Position numbers and translations under genes: made by a program. The notes beneath the pieces are model-generated. The model did not search any database. It saw only the letters and a list, made by a program, of their open reading frames with translations, and was not told the DNA's origin. 32,000 bases of DNA from Phycisphaera mikurensis NBRC 102666 (lineage in GTDB: Bacteria > Planctomycetota > Phycisphaerae > Phycisphaerales > Phycisphaeraceae), in assembly GCF_000284115.1 (NCBI RefSeq), contig NC_017080.1, positions 1,560,001 through 1,592,000 on the forward strand, read 5' to 3'. Shown one piece after another: positions 7,610 through 17,804 of this stretch; positions within the stretch are counted from its first letter, which is position 1, and every line of letters starts with the position of its first letter.

Positions 7610-8950
7610 TCAGGCGCGGCGGCGGCGGCCCAGCAGGAGCGCCCCGGCGCCCGCGAGGACCACGGCCGAGGCGGGCTCGGGCACGGTGACCGAGAAGATG
7701 CCCGAGCCGCCGGCGTTGGTGGTGCCGGCGAAGTAGACGTCGAAGACGCCACCCACCGAAGAGGTGATGCCCAGCACGTCCGTGAAGTTCTCGAAGCTGG
7801 CGAGGCTGGCGATGCCGTTGCTCGTGTCGACCGCGTCGCCGATGGAGAAGACGGCCTCGCCGTCGACCACGAGCGTGTCGGGGTTGTTGATGCCGTCGTC
7901 GTCGGTGTCGACGAGCGTGGCGTAGTTCCCGGTCGCGGAGAGTTCCGCGGCGTCGAAGCCGTCGAAGATCGTGCGGCCACCAACGGTGTCGCCGGACTGC
8001 AGCACGATCTCGCCGTCGAGGGCGAGGAACTCGACGGTCTCGGTGGAACCCGGGTCGCTGTTGTCGTCGTAGTCGCCGGTGAAGAGGTAGGCGCCGGCGT
8101 CATTCACCCCGAAGCGGAAGAAGTTGTCCCAGACCGCGTCGGCGACGCCGGGAACGGCCATGCCCTCCTGGATCGCCGAGCCGTCGCTTCCGGTCGCGGT
8201 GGTGACGGTCCCCGTCGTCAGGTCGGCGATGACAACGAAGTCGTCCGTGGCCGAGGGCTCGCTGCCGACGCTGACCCGCGTGGCTGCGAAGAGTCCCCCG
8301 CTGGACACCTCGTAGTCCGAATCGATCTGATCGATGAGTGCGGTGGTCCCCGGGCCCGTCGAGATGGACGTCGTCGCGCCGGCGTTGCCGAAGACGAACT
8401 GCAGCGCCGTGGCGCTCCCGCCGTCGGTGAAGAGGGCGGTGGCGGAGTTGCTGGTCGGCGGGTTCGTGCTGGAGAAGAAGACCAGCTCGCCGGCCGCGGT
8501 CAGCTGCGGGCGGGCCGGGATGCGGTAGACGCCAAGCGCCGAATCGGCGGCGACGCTGTCGCCCTGCGTGAGGACGCGGCTGCCGTCCCGGAAGATCGCC
8601 GAGTCGTTGGAGCCCGGGCCGCCGATCCGGTAGACCACCGAGCCCGCGGCGTCGATGCCGGGGGCGCCCGCGAAGTCGTTGATGTCCGCGCCTTCCTCGT
8701 CCACGAGGGCCAGCCCGCCGGGGCCGGCGGTGAAGACGAACTCGTTCGCCGAGGAGCCGGTCCCGTCGCCGGTGAGCGCCGCGACCTGACCCGCGGCGTT
8801 CACGTTGAAGCCCTGGATCTCGCCGATCGTCTGGCCGCCGACGGTGGTGCCCGACTCGACGACCGCCGTGGCGGTTTGAGCGAAGGCGGAGGGGGCCGCG
8901 GGGACGGCGGCGGCGAGCGCGAGCGTTGCGAGGCGGGAGCGGGTGGTCAT
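7610..8950 (-). CDS. PEP-CTERM sorting-domain protein with repeated choice-of-anchor-like modules
   Basis: Signal peptide [24 protein letters not shown]; C-terminus [24 protein letters not shown] matches PEP-CTERM. Confidence 0.85.
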   Translation of the reverse strand: MTTRSRLATLALAAAVPAAPSAFAQTATAVVESGTTVGGQTIGEIQGFNVNAAGQVAALTGDGTGSSANEFVFTAGPGGLALVDEEGADINDFAGAPGIDAAGSVVYRIGGPGSNDSAIFRDGSRVLTQGDSVAADSALGVYRIPARPQLTAAGELVFFSSTNPPTSNSATALFTDGGSATALQFVFGNAGATTSISTGPGTTALIDQIDSDYEVSSGGLFAATRVSVGSEPSATDDFVVIADLTTGTVTTATGSDGSAIQEGMAVPGVADAVWDNFFRFGVNDAGAYLFTGDYDDNSDPGSTETVEFLALDGEIVLQSGDTVGGRTIFDGFDAAELSATGNYATLVDTDDDGINNPDTLVVDGEAVFSIGDAVDTSNGIASLASFENFTDVLGITSSVGGVFDVYFAGTTNAGGSGIFSVTVPEPASAVVLAGAGALLLGRRRRA

Positions 8951-9051
8951 GGGGTTTCTCCGGTCGGGGCGAAAATTTGCTGCGCCGGTGCGCACGCCGG
9001 ATTATGCTGCAAGACCCGCACAGACGCAACCCGTCTTCTAGGACCATCACC

Positions 9052-9861
9052 ATGAAACCTGCTGGTGCCCGACGAGCACGCTTTCAACCCGCCGCGTTCA
9101 CCCTGATCGAGCTGCTGGTGGTGATCTCGATCATCGCGCTGCTGGTGGGGATCCTGCTGCCGGCGCTCGGGAAGGCCCGAGAATCAGCACGCGCCTCGGT
9201 GTGCCAGTCGAACCTGAAGCAGCTGGGCATCGCGGGCCACGCCTACGCGACCGACTTCGACGGCTTCCCGCCGGGCGACGAAGCCCTGGGCGGTGCTTCG
9301 ATCCGCATGGGAGCGGGCGTCGACGGCGGCAACCACCCCAAAGCTTCGCTTCGCAACCCGGGCGTGGAGGAGACCTTCGGCCTCTCCTCCGTCTACGCCC
9401 GCCAGGGCTACATGGACCCTGGCGCAGGGTGGATCTGCCCGTCGCAGTACGCGGTGGTCGGCGGCAGCGGGTACGACTTCGCGATGGCCGAGTGGGGGAA
9501 CACGTACCTCGTGCAGACCGTCGACAAGCGGATCGAGCAGATGATGCTGGAGACCGACGCCAGCAAGACGCCGGTGCCCTGGGCGAAAGACAATTGGCTC
9601 CGGTACCCCGGCCAAGCGGGCAACTACGTCCCGGGGCGGAACAGCGATGCCGACAAGGGTGGCAGCCTCCCGTGGAGCGTCCGCGGTGCGGCCATCCCCC
9701 ACCGCGGAGCCGGGGGCATCAAGACCGAGGGGCTGAGCACGTTCACCGCGTGGCAGGACGCTTTCGCGCCGGTGATGGGCACGTTGAACGTCGACAAGAT
9801 CGCCGGCCAGAACAAGCTTTTCTACGACGGACACGTCGAGGCGGTGTATCAGGATGGCTGA
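9052..9861 (+). CDS. Prepilin-type N-terminal cleavage/methylation domain protein, planctomycete H-x9-DG type
   Basis: [32 protein letters not shown]; C-terminal [14 protein letters not shown]. Confidence 0.88.
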   Translation: MKPAGARRARFQPAAFTLIELLVVISIIALLVGILLPALGKARESARASVCQSNLKQLGIAGHAYATDFDGFPPGDEALGGASIRMGAGVDGGNHPKASLRNPGVEETFGLSSVYARQGYMDPGAGWICPSQYAVVGGSGYDFAMAEWGNTYLVQTVDKRIEQMMLETDASKTPVPWAKDNWLRYPGQAGNYVPGRNSDADKGGSLPWSVRGAAIPHRGAGGIKTEGLSTFTAWQDAFAPVMGTLNVDKIAGQNKLFYDGHVEAVYQDG

Positions 9862-11044
9862 TCGGCGGGCGGTGGCGCTGCCCGCGGTCGCCGCGGGCTT
9901 GGTGGCGGGCCTGGGCCTGCTCGCCGGAGCGACCGCGCCCGCGGACGATCCCTCCGCGGCCGACCTCCGCGCGATCTACAGCCAGCCGCCGGCGGCGTGG
10001 CCGGCGGCCACCGTGGACGAGGGGGTGGAGCCGCGGGAGCTGGGCCTGCTGCCGGAACTGCCCGAAGCGGACGAGAAGCTCGTCGGGCTCGGCGAGATGC
10101 TCTTCTTCGATCCGCGGCTCTCGACGACCGGGCAGATGGCCTGCGCCAGCTGCCACGACCCGGACCTGGGTTGGGCCGACGGGCGGACGACCAGCTTCGG
10201 CTTCCGGCGGACGCAGCTCCCGCGGAACGCCCCGACGATCCAGAACAGCGGGCACCTGCACCCGCTGTTCTGGGACGGGCGGGCCGGGAGCCTCGAGGAG
10301 CTGACGCTCGAGGTCATCGAGCACCCCGACGAGATGCGTGGCACCGGCACGGCGGTGGTCGAGCGGCTGTCGGCGGTGCCGGCGTACGCCGAGGCCTTCG
10401 CCGAGATCCCGGGCGAGCCCGGCGTCACGATCGAGAAGGTGACCTCCGCCGTCGCCGCGTTCTGCCGCAGCGTCAACGGCGGGAAGAGCCGCTTCGACGC
10501 CTTCCTGCGCGGGCGGGAGACGGCGCTGACCGACGCGGAGCTGCGGGGCTTGCACCTCTACCGCACCGAGGCGAGGTGCATGAACTGCCACGACGGCCCG
10601 GAGATGAGCGACGGCAAGCTGCACGTCACCGGGCTGTCGCTGTCGGGCACGCCGCGGGAGGACCTCGGCGCCTACGCCGTGACCGGGAGGCCCGAGGACA
10701 GCGGCGCCTTCCGCACGCCGACGCTGCGGAACATCGCCAAGACCGGCCCGTACATGCACCACGGCCTCTTCGAGAGCCTGCCCGTCACGCTCCGCGCGTA
10801 CAACGGCGGGATGCCCACCCAGCGGGACCGCATCAACGACCCCGCCGACCCCGTGCCGGTGAAGAGCCCGCTGCTGCACGAGCTGGGGCTGGACGACGCG
10901 CAGCTCGGAGACCTCGAGGCCTTCCTCCGCTCGACCACCGAGCCGCACCGCCTGGTGCTGCCCCCGGACCTCCCGCCGCACGCCGACGACGCTCCGCCGC
11001 CGGCGATTCCTCCTGACGCCGAGGCCGGCCACGCGAGGCCGTAG
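9854..11044 (+). CDS. Di-heme cytochrome c peroxidase / MauG-family protein
   Basis: Signal peptide; two CxxCH motifs ([31 protein letters not shown]); [43 protein letters not shown]. Confidence 0.92.
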   Translation: MADRRAVALPAVAAGLVAGLGLLAGATAPADDPSAADLRAIYSQPPAAWPAATVDEGVEPRELGLLPELPEADEKLVGLGEMLFFDPRLSTTGQMACASCHDPDLGWADGRTTSFGFRRTQLPRNAPTIQNSGHLHPLFWDGRAGSLEELTLEVIEHPDEMRGTGTAVVERLSAVPAYAEAFAEIPGEPGVTIEKVTSAVAAFCRSVNGGKSRFDAFLRGRETALTDAELRGLHLYRTEARCMNCHDGPEMSDGKLHVTGLSLSGTPREDLGAYAVTGRPEDSGAFRTPTLRNIAKTGPYMHHGLFESLPVTLRAYNGGMPTQRDRINDPADPVPVKSPLLHELGLDDAQLGDLEAFLRSTTEPHRLVLPPDLPPHADDAPPPAIPPDAEAGHARP

Positions 11045-11158
11045 GCGGGTGGGCGCAGGGCCCGGCCCGGCCCGGCCCGCCGGCGCCGGGGCTGCTGGGG
11101 CCGCGCGCGACCGCGGGGCGGGTGAGCCTTCCGCTCGGAGCGCCCTTTTGGGGCTGCA

Positions 11159-13558
11159 TCAGCCGGTCAGCCGGACGTCGAAGTTCCTGCCGAGCCCGCC
11201 GCCGTCCGCGTGGTGCAGGGTGAAGCGGAGCGTGCCGCCGGCGGGCAGGTCGGCGGGTCGGAGTTCGGCGGCGTGAACGAGGGGGAGCGGGGCGGTGAGC
11301 GGGGTGTCGGTGGAGGTGTCCCACCCGTCGACGGTCCAGCGGAGGGTGCCGGGGCGGTCGGAGACGATACGCAGCGGCTTGGCGGCGTCGGCCTCGGCGA
11401 TGGGGTGGGCGGGGCACCAGAAGGTGGCGTCGAAGCCGCGCCGGCCGTCCCGGGCGTACCGGTCGTGGCAGGGGCCGATGCGGTCGAAGGGTTCGCCGTC
11501 GCAGAGGCTCCGGGCGAGGTTCAGGTAGGTCGCGTGCGACCAGCACAGCGGCATCGCCGACCCGGCGGGGCCGCCGAACTCCAGATCGTGGTCGGGGTCG
11601 TCGGGGAAGCGCCAGAGCTGCTCGGGCAGCATCCCGCCGGGGTTGGCGAACGCGGCGAGCGCGTCGAGGTAGGGCCCGGCGGGCTCGCCGGCGGCGAGGG
11701 CGTAGAGGCCGCGCTCGCCGGTGAGCAGCGGCCAGCAGCCGCCCACGCCCTCGGTGTCGAAGGCGGAGCCGTCCCGCTTCTGCCCGTAGCCGTCGTGGTT
11801 GTAGCGGAGGTAGCCGGGGCCGCCGGGCAGGTCGTGCTTGAGCACGGCGTCGGCCACGCGCACGCTGGCGGCGACGGTGGCGTCGTCGGCGGGGCGGACG
11901 CCGTAGCGGACGAGCTGGAGGAAGCCCAGATCGACGACGTCGCGCGCCGGGTGGGTCCCCCCGCCGTTCTTCAGCCGCACCTCGGCGGTATCCACGGATC
12001 CGGGCACGGGCGTGTCGCCCGCCTCGGCGGGGTTGATGCGGACGAAGTGCCGCGGCTCGCCATCGACGAGCGTGCCGCGGGTGGTGACGGTCCAGGCCTC
12101 GACGTGCGCGGCGAGCCAATCGGCGTAATCGTGCACGAAGGCCGCGGCTGCGGCCTCGCCGGCCTCCGCGAAGCCCTCGGCCGCGACGCAGAGGGCGGCG
12201 ACGCAGGTCGCCAGCGTGGAGGGCGAGTAGCCGCTGTTCTCCTCCCAGCGTTCCTGCGGCGTCACCGGGCCGCTGTGGATGAGCTTCGCCGCGGCCCGCC
12301 GGACGACCGCGGGCGTGGCCAGGCCCTCGCAGGCGCCGGCGCGGCGGAGACGCCAAGCCAGCAGCGCGGGCGCGGCGACCTCGTCGAGCTGCAGGCCCGG
12401 CCAGAAGGGCTCGCCGTCGAGCCAGGCGTTCTGCGGGATGCCGCCGTCGGCTTGCTGCAGGCAGGCGAGGTAGGTCATCGCCCGCCGCGGCGTCGCGGTC
12501 TCGCCGGCGGCGAGCAGGGCGGTGGCGGCGTGCAGGAGGTCGCGCGGCCAGACGAGGTGGTAGCCGCCGGGGTCGGCGTCGCTCTGGTGCGCGCCCCAGG
12601 GGATCGACAGCGAGGCGGTCATCGCGCCCTGGTAGGTCTTGTCCTCGTGAGCGAGCAGCACGCAGCGGGACAGGCGGGCGAGGCCGCCGCCGTCGCCGCA
12701 CTGCGCCTCCAGCCGGTTCAGCGTGCCGTCGCAGCCGTCGTCGAGGCGCTTCCACTGGCGCAGGAAGCTCTCCCGCTTCTCGTCGAAGCGGTCGCCGAGG
12801 GCCTGGAGCAGCGCGCAGGCGGAGCTGGTGGCGGAGTCGCCGAAGCCCAGCCCGAGCACGGCGGTGCGGCCGGGCGCCGAGAGGTCCAGCTCGCCGGTGA
12901 GGGCGACGGTGCCGTCGCGGGCCTCCGTGAAGCTCCACGCGAGGTCGAAGCCGTCCTGGAGGTCCTGGTAGCCGTCGCTGGAGCCGCTGTACCCCACCGA
13001 GCGGCGGAGGAAGCCGGGGCGGGCTCCCATCGCCAGGTGCGTGCCGTCGCGCCAGGCACGCAGCAGCGGCTCGCCGGCGAGGTCGCAGGCGGCGGCGTGG
13101 TTGCCGCGGCCCGAGCCCCCGGCGTGGGGGGCGAGCAGGGCGAAGACGCGCAGCTTCTCCGCATAGGTGGAATCGAGGACCTCCAGCCGGATCCGCTGGA
13201 GCAGCACCGGCTGGTGCGGGTCGCTCAGCACGTCCTTCACCACGCGGTAGCGGCCGCCGGGATCGGTGTTGGTGAGGCGGTAGGCGAGGGTGTCTTCGTC
13301 GGGCCGCTCGACGGCGTGCGTCAGGTCGCGGCGCTCCTCGTGGAGGAACGTCTCGCCGTCGGTGATGAGCAGCTGGAGGTCGCGGGTGTTCGGCTGATCG
13401 GCGGTCGGGTGGTAGACCTCGTTGACGACGCCGTGGCTGAGCGTGAACCAGAGGCGTGAGGCGGTGTGGTAGGCGGTGCCCACGCCGACCTTCGCGCTCG
13501 ACGTCCACCGGGGTTCGATGCCCGGGGCGCCGAAGGCTTCGCTCGGAGGGTCGGGCAT
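11159..13558 (-). CDS. Glucoamylase-like glycoside hydrolase family 15 protein (glucan 1,4-alpha-glucosidase / glucodextranase type)
   Basis: 799 aa; SAKVGVGTAYHTASRLWFTLSHGVVNEVYHPTADQPNTRDLQLLITDGETFLHEERRD; SIPWGAHQSDADPGGYHLVWPRDLLHAATALLAAGE; RWEENSGYSPSTLATCVAAL. Confidence 0.88.
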   Translation of the reverse strand: MPDPPSEAFGAPGIEPRWTSSAKVGVGTAYHTASRLWFTLSHGVVNEVYHPTADQPNTRDLQLLITDGETFLHEERRDLTHAVERPDEDTLAYRLTNTDPGGRYRVVKDVLSDPHQPVLLQRIRLEVLDSTYAEKLRVFALLAPHAGGSGRGNHAAACDLAGEPLLRAWRDGTHLAMGARPGFLRRSVGYSGSSDGYQDLQDGFDLAWSFTEARDGTVALTGELDLSAPGRTAVLGLGFGDSATSSACALLQALGDRFDEKRESFLRQWKRLDDGCDGTLNRLEAQCGDGGGLARLSRCVLLAHEDKTYQGAMTASLSIPWGAHQSDADPGGYHLVWPRDLLHAATALLAAGETATPRRAMTYLACLQQADGGIPQNAWLDGEPFWPGLQLDEVAAPALLAWRLRRAGACEGLATPAVVRRAAAKLIHSGPVTPQERWEENSGYSPSTLATCVAALCVAAEGFAEAGEAAAAAFVHDYADWLAAHVEAWTVTTRGTLVDGEPRHFVRINPAEAGDTPVPGSVDTAEVRLKNGGGTHPARDVVDLGFLQLVRYGVRPADDATVAASVRVADAVLKHDLPGGPGYLRYNHDGYGQKRDGSAFDTEGVGGCWPLLTGERGLYALAAGEPAGPYLDALAAFANPGGMLPEQLWRFPDDPDHDLEFGGPAGSAMPLCWSHATYLNLARSLCDGEPFDRIGPCHDRYARDGRRGFDATFWCPAHPIAEADAAKPLRIVSDRPGTLRWTVDGWDTSTDTPLTAPLPLVHAAELRPADLPAGGTLRFTLHHADGGGLGRNFDVRLTG

Positions 13559-13634
13559 GGCGCGACGCTAGCGCCATGCTGTGCGTCGCGGCGCCGGGTG
13601 CAATGATCCGCTGCGTGCCGCGTTGGAGGTCCAG

Positions 13635-14306
13635 ATGCCCATCCCACCCCGCTCCCGGACGCTCCCTCGGCGGGGCTTCACGCTCCTCGAGCTGCTCGTG
13701 GTGATCTCGGTCGTCGCGCTCCTGATCGGGATCCTGCTGCCGGTGCTGGCGGCGGCGCGGACCACGGCCCGCCGGGTCACCTGCAGCGGCAACCTGCGGC
13801 AGATGGGCGTCGCGATGGAGAGCTACACCCAGCTGTTCGACGGGTACTACCCGCTGGCGCGCCCCGTGGCGAAGCCCTTCGCGCCTTACGCGTACCACCC
13901 GGCGGACGCCGGGCCCGCCTTCGCCGGCCGGGAGCTGCCGGAGCTGGCCGCGACGATGGCGTCGGTGGGGCTGGAGCCTCCCCGGGCGGACGACCCCGAC
14001 AGCGTCTACCACTGCCCCGACGACGAGACCGTCTTCCCCGTGTCGGCCAACAGCTACGCCTACTCGGGCTTCCTCCGCGGCGAGACGCTGGAGGCGATGC
14101 TGGCGCGCGGCTTCGTGTCGCGGCGGAACATGGACGCCAGCGACGTCTTCGTGATGATGGACTTCGACGGCGAGGAGGGCGGCAGCGACTTCGTCCTGCT
14201 GCCCGCGCCCGACGGCCCGGGCGGCTCGATGGTGGTGCCCAAGCGCCACTTCAAGCGGAACATCCTCTTCGCCGACGGGCACGTGGGCTTCGACCTCGAC
14301 TCCTAG
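13635..14306 (+). CDS. Prepilin-type N-terminal domain protein (DUF1559/H-x9-DG-like)
   Basis: RRGFTLLELLVVISVVALLIGILLPVLAAARTTARRV; C-terminal RNILFADGHVGFDLDS. The upstream ORF start at 13581 is less likely than ATG 13635. Confidence 0.82.
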   Translation: MPIPPRSRTLPRRGFTLLELLVVISVVALLIGILLPVLAAARTTARRVTCSGNLRQMGVAMESYTQLFDGYYPLARPVAKPFAPYAYHPADAGPAFAGRELPELAATMASVGLEPPRADDPDSVYHCPDDETVFPVSANSYAYSGFLRGETLEAMLARGFVSRRNMDASDVFVMMDFDGEEGGSDFVLLPAPDGPGGSMVVPKRHFKRNILFADGHVGFDLDS

Positions 14307-14375
14307 GCGTGGCCGTCGCCGGCTCCGTGGCCCGGACTCATCCCACCCCAACCCCGCTCGCAGGTGAACGAAGCC

Positions 14376-14930
14376 ATGCCCGACGCCCAACCCCCCGGCC
14401 GCCTCAGCGTCTCCGCGCACGACGTCGCCGGCGAACGCCGCACCAAGCGGCTCAAGAGCCTCGCGATCGTCGCCGCCGGCTCGATCGTCCTGGCGGCGGG
14501 CGCGGCGGGCGCCCGGTGGCTGATGCCGCCGCCGATGCCGGCCACCCTGGCCGACGCCGAGGCGCTGGTGGCCTCGGGCCGGTTCCAGCGCCTCTCCAGC
14601 GAGCAGAAGCGCCCGTACCTCGACGTGATCCGCGAGCAGTTCGGCTCGCTGGATCCCGAGCAGCGGCGGGCTCTCCGCGGCAGCGAGGCCGCCCGGGCCG
14701 CCCGCGGCCGGGAGCGGAGCGAGCGGTTGGCCGCCTTCTCGGTGATGACCCACGCCCAGCGGCAGGCGATGGGGAACCCCTGGGCCGCGCGGCCCGAGCG
14801 GCCCGAGGGCCGCGGCGAGCGGGGCCCCTCCCGCGATCGCCTCTCCGACCGGATGCAGAACGGGAATGCGCAGGACATGGCAACCATCGCGGAGATGGTG
14901 AACCAGATGCGGGAACATCGGGGCTCCTGA
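14376..14930 (+). CDS. Hypothetical single-pass membrane protein
   Basis: Open frame with a TM segment (LAIVAAGSIVLAAGAAGARWLM) and a charged C-terminal region; no family recognised. Confidence 0.55.
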   Translation: MPDAQPPGRLSVSAHDVAGERRTKRLKSLAIVAAGSIVLAAGAAGARWLMPPPMPATLADAEALVASGRFQRLSSEQKRPYLDVIREQFGSLDPEQRRALRGSEAARAARGRERSERLAAFSVMTHAQRQAMGNPWAARPERPEGRGERGPSRDRLSDRMQNGNAQDMATIAEMVNQMREHRGS

Positions 14931-15132
14931 ACCCGCGGATTGCGGGCCGGAACGCGGTTCGAACGCGACGGTCCGCGGCGCGGAAGATTCTCGTGCCTCC
15001 GAAGGCGCCGCTTCGGGAGAACCCGGATAGCGTCGAGCGGCGGCGGCCCCCCGGGGGACCCGGTGACCCCGCCCTCCGCCACGCCCGGGGCAGCGTGTGG
15101 CGGAGCCGACGCCCTCCTTCCCGAGCACGACC

Positions 15133-15528
15133 ATGATCGCCTCGCCCGTCCAGACCGGCTTCCGGACGCTCCGCCACGCCCCCGCGCCGCGGGAGCGGGT
15201 CTCCTCTTTCCCGGACCGCGCGATCCTCCGGGTCCCGCGGCGGGAGGCGGTCTGGTCCTTCGGCGCCCGCGTCCGCGACGCGGACGCGGTCTTCCTGGTC
15301 CTCTCCGAAGAGGGCCGGCCCAGCCGCTGGACGGAGATGGAGGCGGAGCCGTCGGGCGAGTGGACCGCACGGCTCCCGATCGCCGGCGGCGTGCTGCGGG
15401 CGACGCTCTACGTGCAGCGGGGCACGACGATGATCAACGCGGGCGGCCGGGAGCTCCGGATCCGCCCGCCCGCCGGGGAACTGGGCGGTGCCCGGGTCGA
15501 GCCGGCGCGTGAGGCGTGGTCCGCCTGA
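15133..15528 (+). CDS. Hypothetical protein
   Basis: Short ORF between two coding genes: FPDRAILRVPRREAVWSFGARVRDADAVFLVLSEEGRPSRWTEMEAEPSGEWTARLPI. Start could also be 15097. Confidence 0.45.
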   Translation: MIASPVQTGFRTLRHAPAPRERVSSFPDRAILRVPRREAVWSFGARVRDADAVFLVLSEEGRPSRWTEMEAEPSGEWTARLPIAGGVLRATLYVQRGTTMINAGGRELRIRPPAGELGGARVEPAREAWSA

Positions 15529-15613
15529 CCCGGGCCGCCGGCTGGCCGCCGCCCGCGGGTGGCGTAGCCTGGCCACGACCCGCTCGCCCGCCGCTCGCCG
15601 AACGCCGCCCGCC

Positions 15614-16810
15614 ATGATCCTTTACGTCCTGAGGGGTGCGTTTCTGATCCTGGTGGCGGCGGTGATCACGCTGTACGCCAACAGCGAGTTCCAGCAGCTC
15701 GCCGGCCTGACCTTCATCGGGGTCTCCTCCATCATCGCGGGGGTCGTCGCCGTCGCCGCGGGGGTGATCGCGCTGGACGTGTGGATCCGCGAGAAGCGGC
15801 TGTCCGCGATCTCCGGCGTCTTCCTCGGGCTGCTCGCGGGCCTCCTCGCGGCGTACGCGCTGTCGTTCGTGGTCGACCTCATCGGCGTCTACGGCGCGCC
15901 GGAATCCGGCCCGCGCCGCGAAGCCTTCTTCGACCTTCTGCAAGGGCTGAAGGTGGTGATCGGCCTGGTCACCTGCTACATCGCGATGTCGCTGGTGCTG
16001 CAGACCAAGGACGACTTCCGCTTCGTGATCCCGTACGTGGAGTTCGCGAAGGAGATCCGCGGGAGCCGCCCGACGCTGCTCGACACGTCGGTCATCGTCG
16101 ACGGCCGCGTGCTCGACATCGCCGACACGAAGGTGATGCAGGGGGCGATCGTGGTGCCGCGGTTCGTGCTCGATGAGCTGCAGAAGATCTCCGACGCCTC
16201 GGACAAGCTCAAGCGGGCCCGCGGACGCCGCGGGCTCGACCGGCTCCAGAAGCTGCGCGACCACCCCGACCTCGAGGTCCGCATCGACGACACGCCCGAC
16301 CGCGAGGCCGCGGACGCCGGGGTCGACGCGCGGCTGATCGCGGCGGCCCGGCGGATGCGCGGCCGGCTGATGACCAACGACTTCAACCTGGCGAAGGTGG
16401 CGAAGCTGCGGGGCGTCGACGTCATCAACCTCAACGACCTCGCTCGGGCCCTCCGCCCGGTGCTTCTGCCCGGGGAGCAGGTCCAGGTGCGGCCGGTGAA
16501 GCTCGGCGAGGGGGCCGGCCAGGGCGTGGGCTACCTCGAGGACGGCACGATGGTGGTGGTCGACGGGGGCCGGGACCGCCTCCACGAGCTCGTCGAGGCG
16601 ACGGTGACCTCGGCGCTGCAGACCTCCGCCGGCCGCATGATCTTCGCGACGCTCCACGAGGGCCCCGGCGTGGGCGATTCGATGGCGGGGCTGCCGCGGC
16701 CGGGCACCAAGAAGAAGCCGCCGCCGGACCCGGGGGACTCGACGCCGGGGGCGCAGCCGCCCCGCGGGCGGGACGGGTCGCGGCCGAGCCGACGCAACCC
16801 CCGACGCTGA
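15614..16810 (+). CDS. PIN/TRAM domain integral membrane protein (YacL-like)
   Basis: N-terminal TM segments, then RPTLLDTSVIVDGRVLDIADTKVMQGAIVVPRFVLDELQKISDASDKLKRARGRRGLDRL (PIN) and GVGYLEDGTMVVVDGGRDRLHELVEATVTSALQTSAGRMIFAT (TRAM). Confidence 0.9.
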   Translation: MILYVLRGAFLILVAAVITLYANSEFQQLAGLTFIGVSSIIAGVVAVAAGVIALDVWIREKRLSAISGVFLGLLAGLLAAYALSFVVDLIGVYGAPESGPRREAFFDLLQGLKVVIGLVTCYIAMSLVLQTKDDFRFVIPYVEFAKEIRGSRPTLLDTSVIVDGRVLDIADTKVMQGAIVVPRFVLDELQKISDASDKLKRARGRRGLDRLQKLRDHPDLEVRIDDTPDREAADAGVDARLIAAARRMRGRLMTNDFNLAKVAKLRGVDVINLNDLARALRPVLLPGEQVQVRPVKLGEGAGQGVGYLEDGTMVVVDGGRDRLHELVEATVTSALQTSAGRMIFATLHEGPGVGDSMAGLPRPGTKKKPPPDPGDSTPGAQPPRGRDGSRPSRRNPRR

Positions 16811-16851
16811 CGCCCCGGCGGCGGGCGCAGCCCGTGCGCGACCCGCTTCCC

Positions 16852-16907
16852 GGGTGCCACGCCCCCCAGAATCCAACCTTCGATAGGTCCCTGGGGGAGC
16901 GGTTCCC
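16852..16907. repeat. Degenerate half-unit preceding the tandem palindrome array, with internal CCCCCAG/CTGGGGG stem
   Basis: GGGTGCCACGCCCCCCAG...CCTGGGGGAG; the first 14 nt equal the array unit start; 56 bp before the first full unit. Confidence 0.7.
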
Positions 16908-17757
16908 GGGTGCCACGCCCCTTGGGGGGTGGCCGTGTCGCGAGACCCTCCCGCGCTCGCCACCCCGCAAGCGGCGTGGCACCCGGGCATCGGCCGGCGT
17001 TGGGGGATGTGTCGAGGGTGGTGCCCTCCGGACCGGGTGCCACGCCCCTTGGGGGGTGGCCGTGTCGCGAGACCCTCCCCGCGCTCGCCACCCCGCAAGC
17101 GGCGTGGCACCCGGGCATCGGCCGGCGTCGGAAGATGTGTCGAGGGTGGCGCCTTCCGGACCGGGTGCCACGCCCCTTGGGGGGTGGCCGTGTCGCGAGA
17201 CCCTCCCCGCGCTCGCCACCCCGCAAGCGGCGTGGCACCCGGGCATCGGCCGGCCTTGGGAGATGTGTCGAAGGTGGTGCCCTCCGAACCGGGTGCCACG
17301 CCCCTTGGGGGGTGGCCGTGTCGCAAGACCCTCCCGCGCTCGCCACCCCGCAAGCGGCGTGGCACCCGGGCATCGGCCGGCGTCGGAAGATGTGTCGAGG
17401 GTGGCGCCTTCCGGACCGGGTGCCACGCCCCTTGGGGGGTGGCCGTGTCGCGAGACCCTCCCCGCGCTCGCCACCCCGCAAGCGGCGTGGCACCCGGGCC
17501 TCGGCCGGCCTTGGGAGATGTGTTGAAGGTGGTGCCCTCCGGATCCGGGTGTCACGCCCCTTGGGGGGTGGCCGTGTCGCGAGACCCTCCCGCGCTCGCC
17601 ACCCCGCAAGCGGCGTGGCACCCGGGCATCGGCCGGCTTTGGGAGATGTGTCGAGGGTGGTGCCTTCCGGACCGGGTGCCACGCCCCTTGGGGGGTGGCC
17701 GTGTCGCAAGACCCTCCCGCGCTCGCCACCCCGCAAGCGGCGTGGCACCCGGGCACC
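16908..17757. repeat. Tandem array of seven ~127-129 bp units, each containing a large imperfect palindrome
   Basis: Units begin GGGTG(C/T)CACGCCCCTTGGGGGGTGG at 16908, 17035, 17163, 17291, 17418, 17547 and 17674. Each left arm pairs with CCACCCCGCAAGCGGCGTGGCACCC (23/25 complementary) across a 27-28 nt loop. Confidence 0.95.
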
Positions 17758-17804
17758 CAGGCAGGAGCCACCCCCGAGCGTGCGCGGCGTCCGCGTGACG
17801 CGGA

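Noticed and set aside
11055-11090. GGCCC-rich microsatellite-like run (CCCGGCCCGGCCCGGCCCGCCGG)
   Set aside because: Short simple-sequence run in an intergenic gap; no further structure or function supported.
10833-15134. 1433 aa open frame across several genes
   Set aside because: Runs largely antisense to the GH15 gene and across the following genes; Arg/Gly/Pro-rich translation typical of spurious frames in very high-GC DNA.
16908-17757. CRISPR array
   Set aside because: Units are 127-129 bp with near-identical spacers and a ~78 nt hairpin; CRISPR has 23-50 bp repeats with unique spacers, and no cas genes are present.
16431-17798. Several long ORFs through the repeat region with periodic peptides (GCHAACGVASAGG..., RDTATPQGAWHP..., GATPLGGWPCRETLP...)
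   Set aside because: They are open in several frames on both strands and simply translate the ~128 bp palindromic repeat, whose period is mostly not a multiple of three. No coding evidence.
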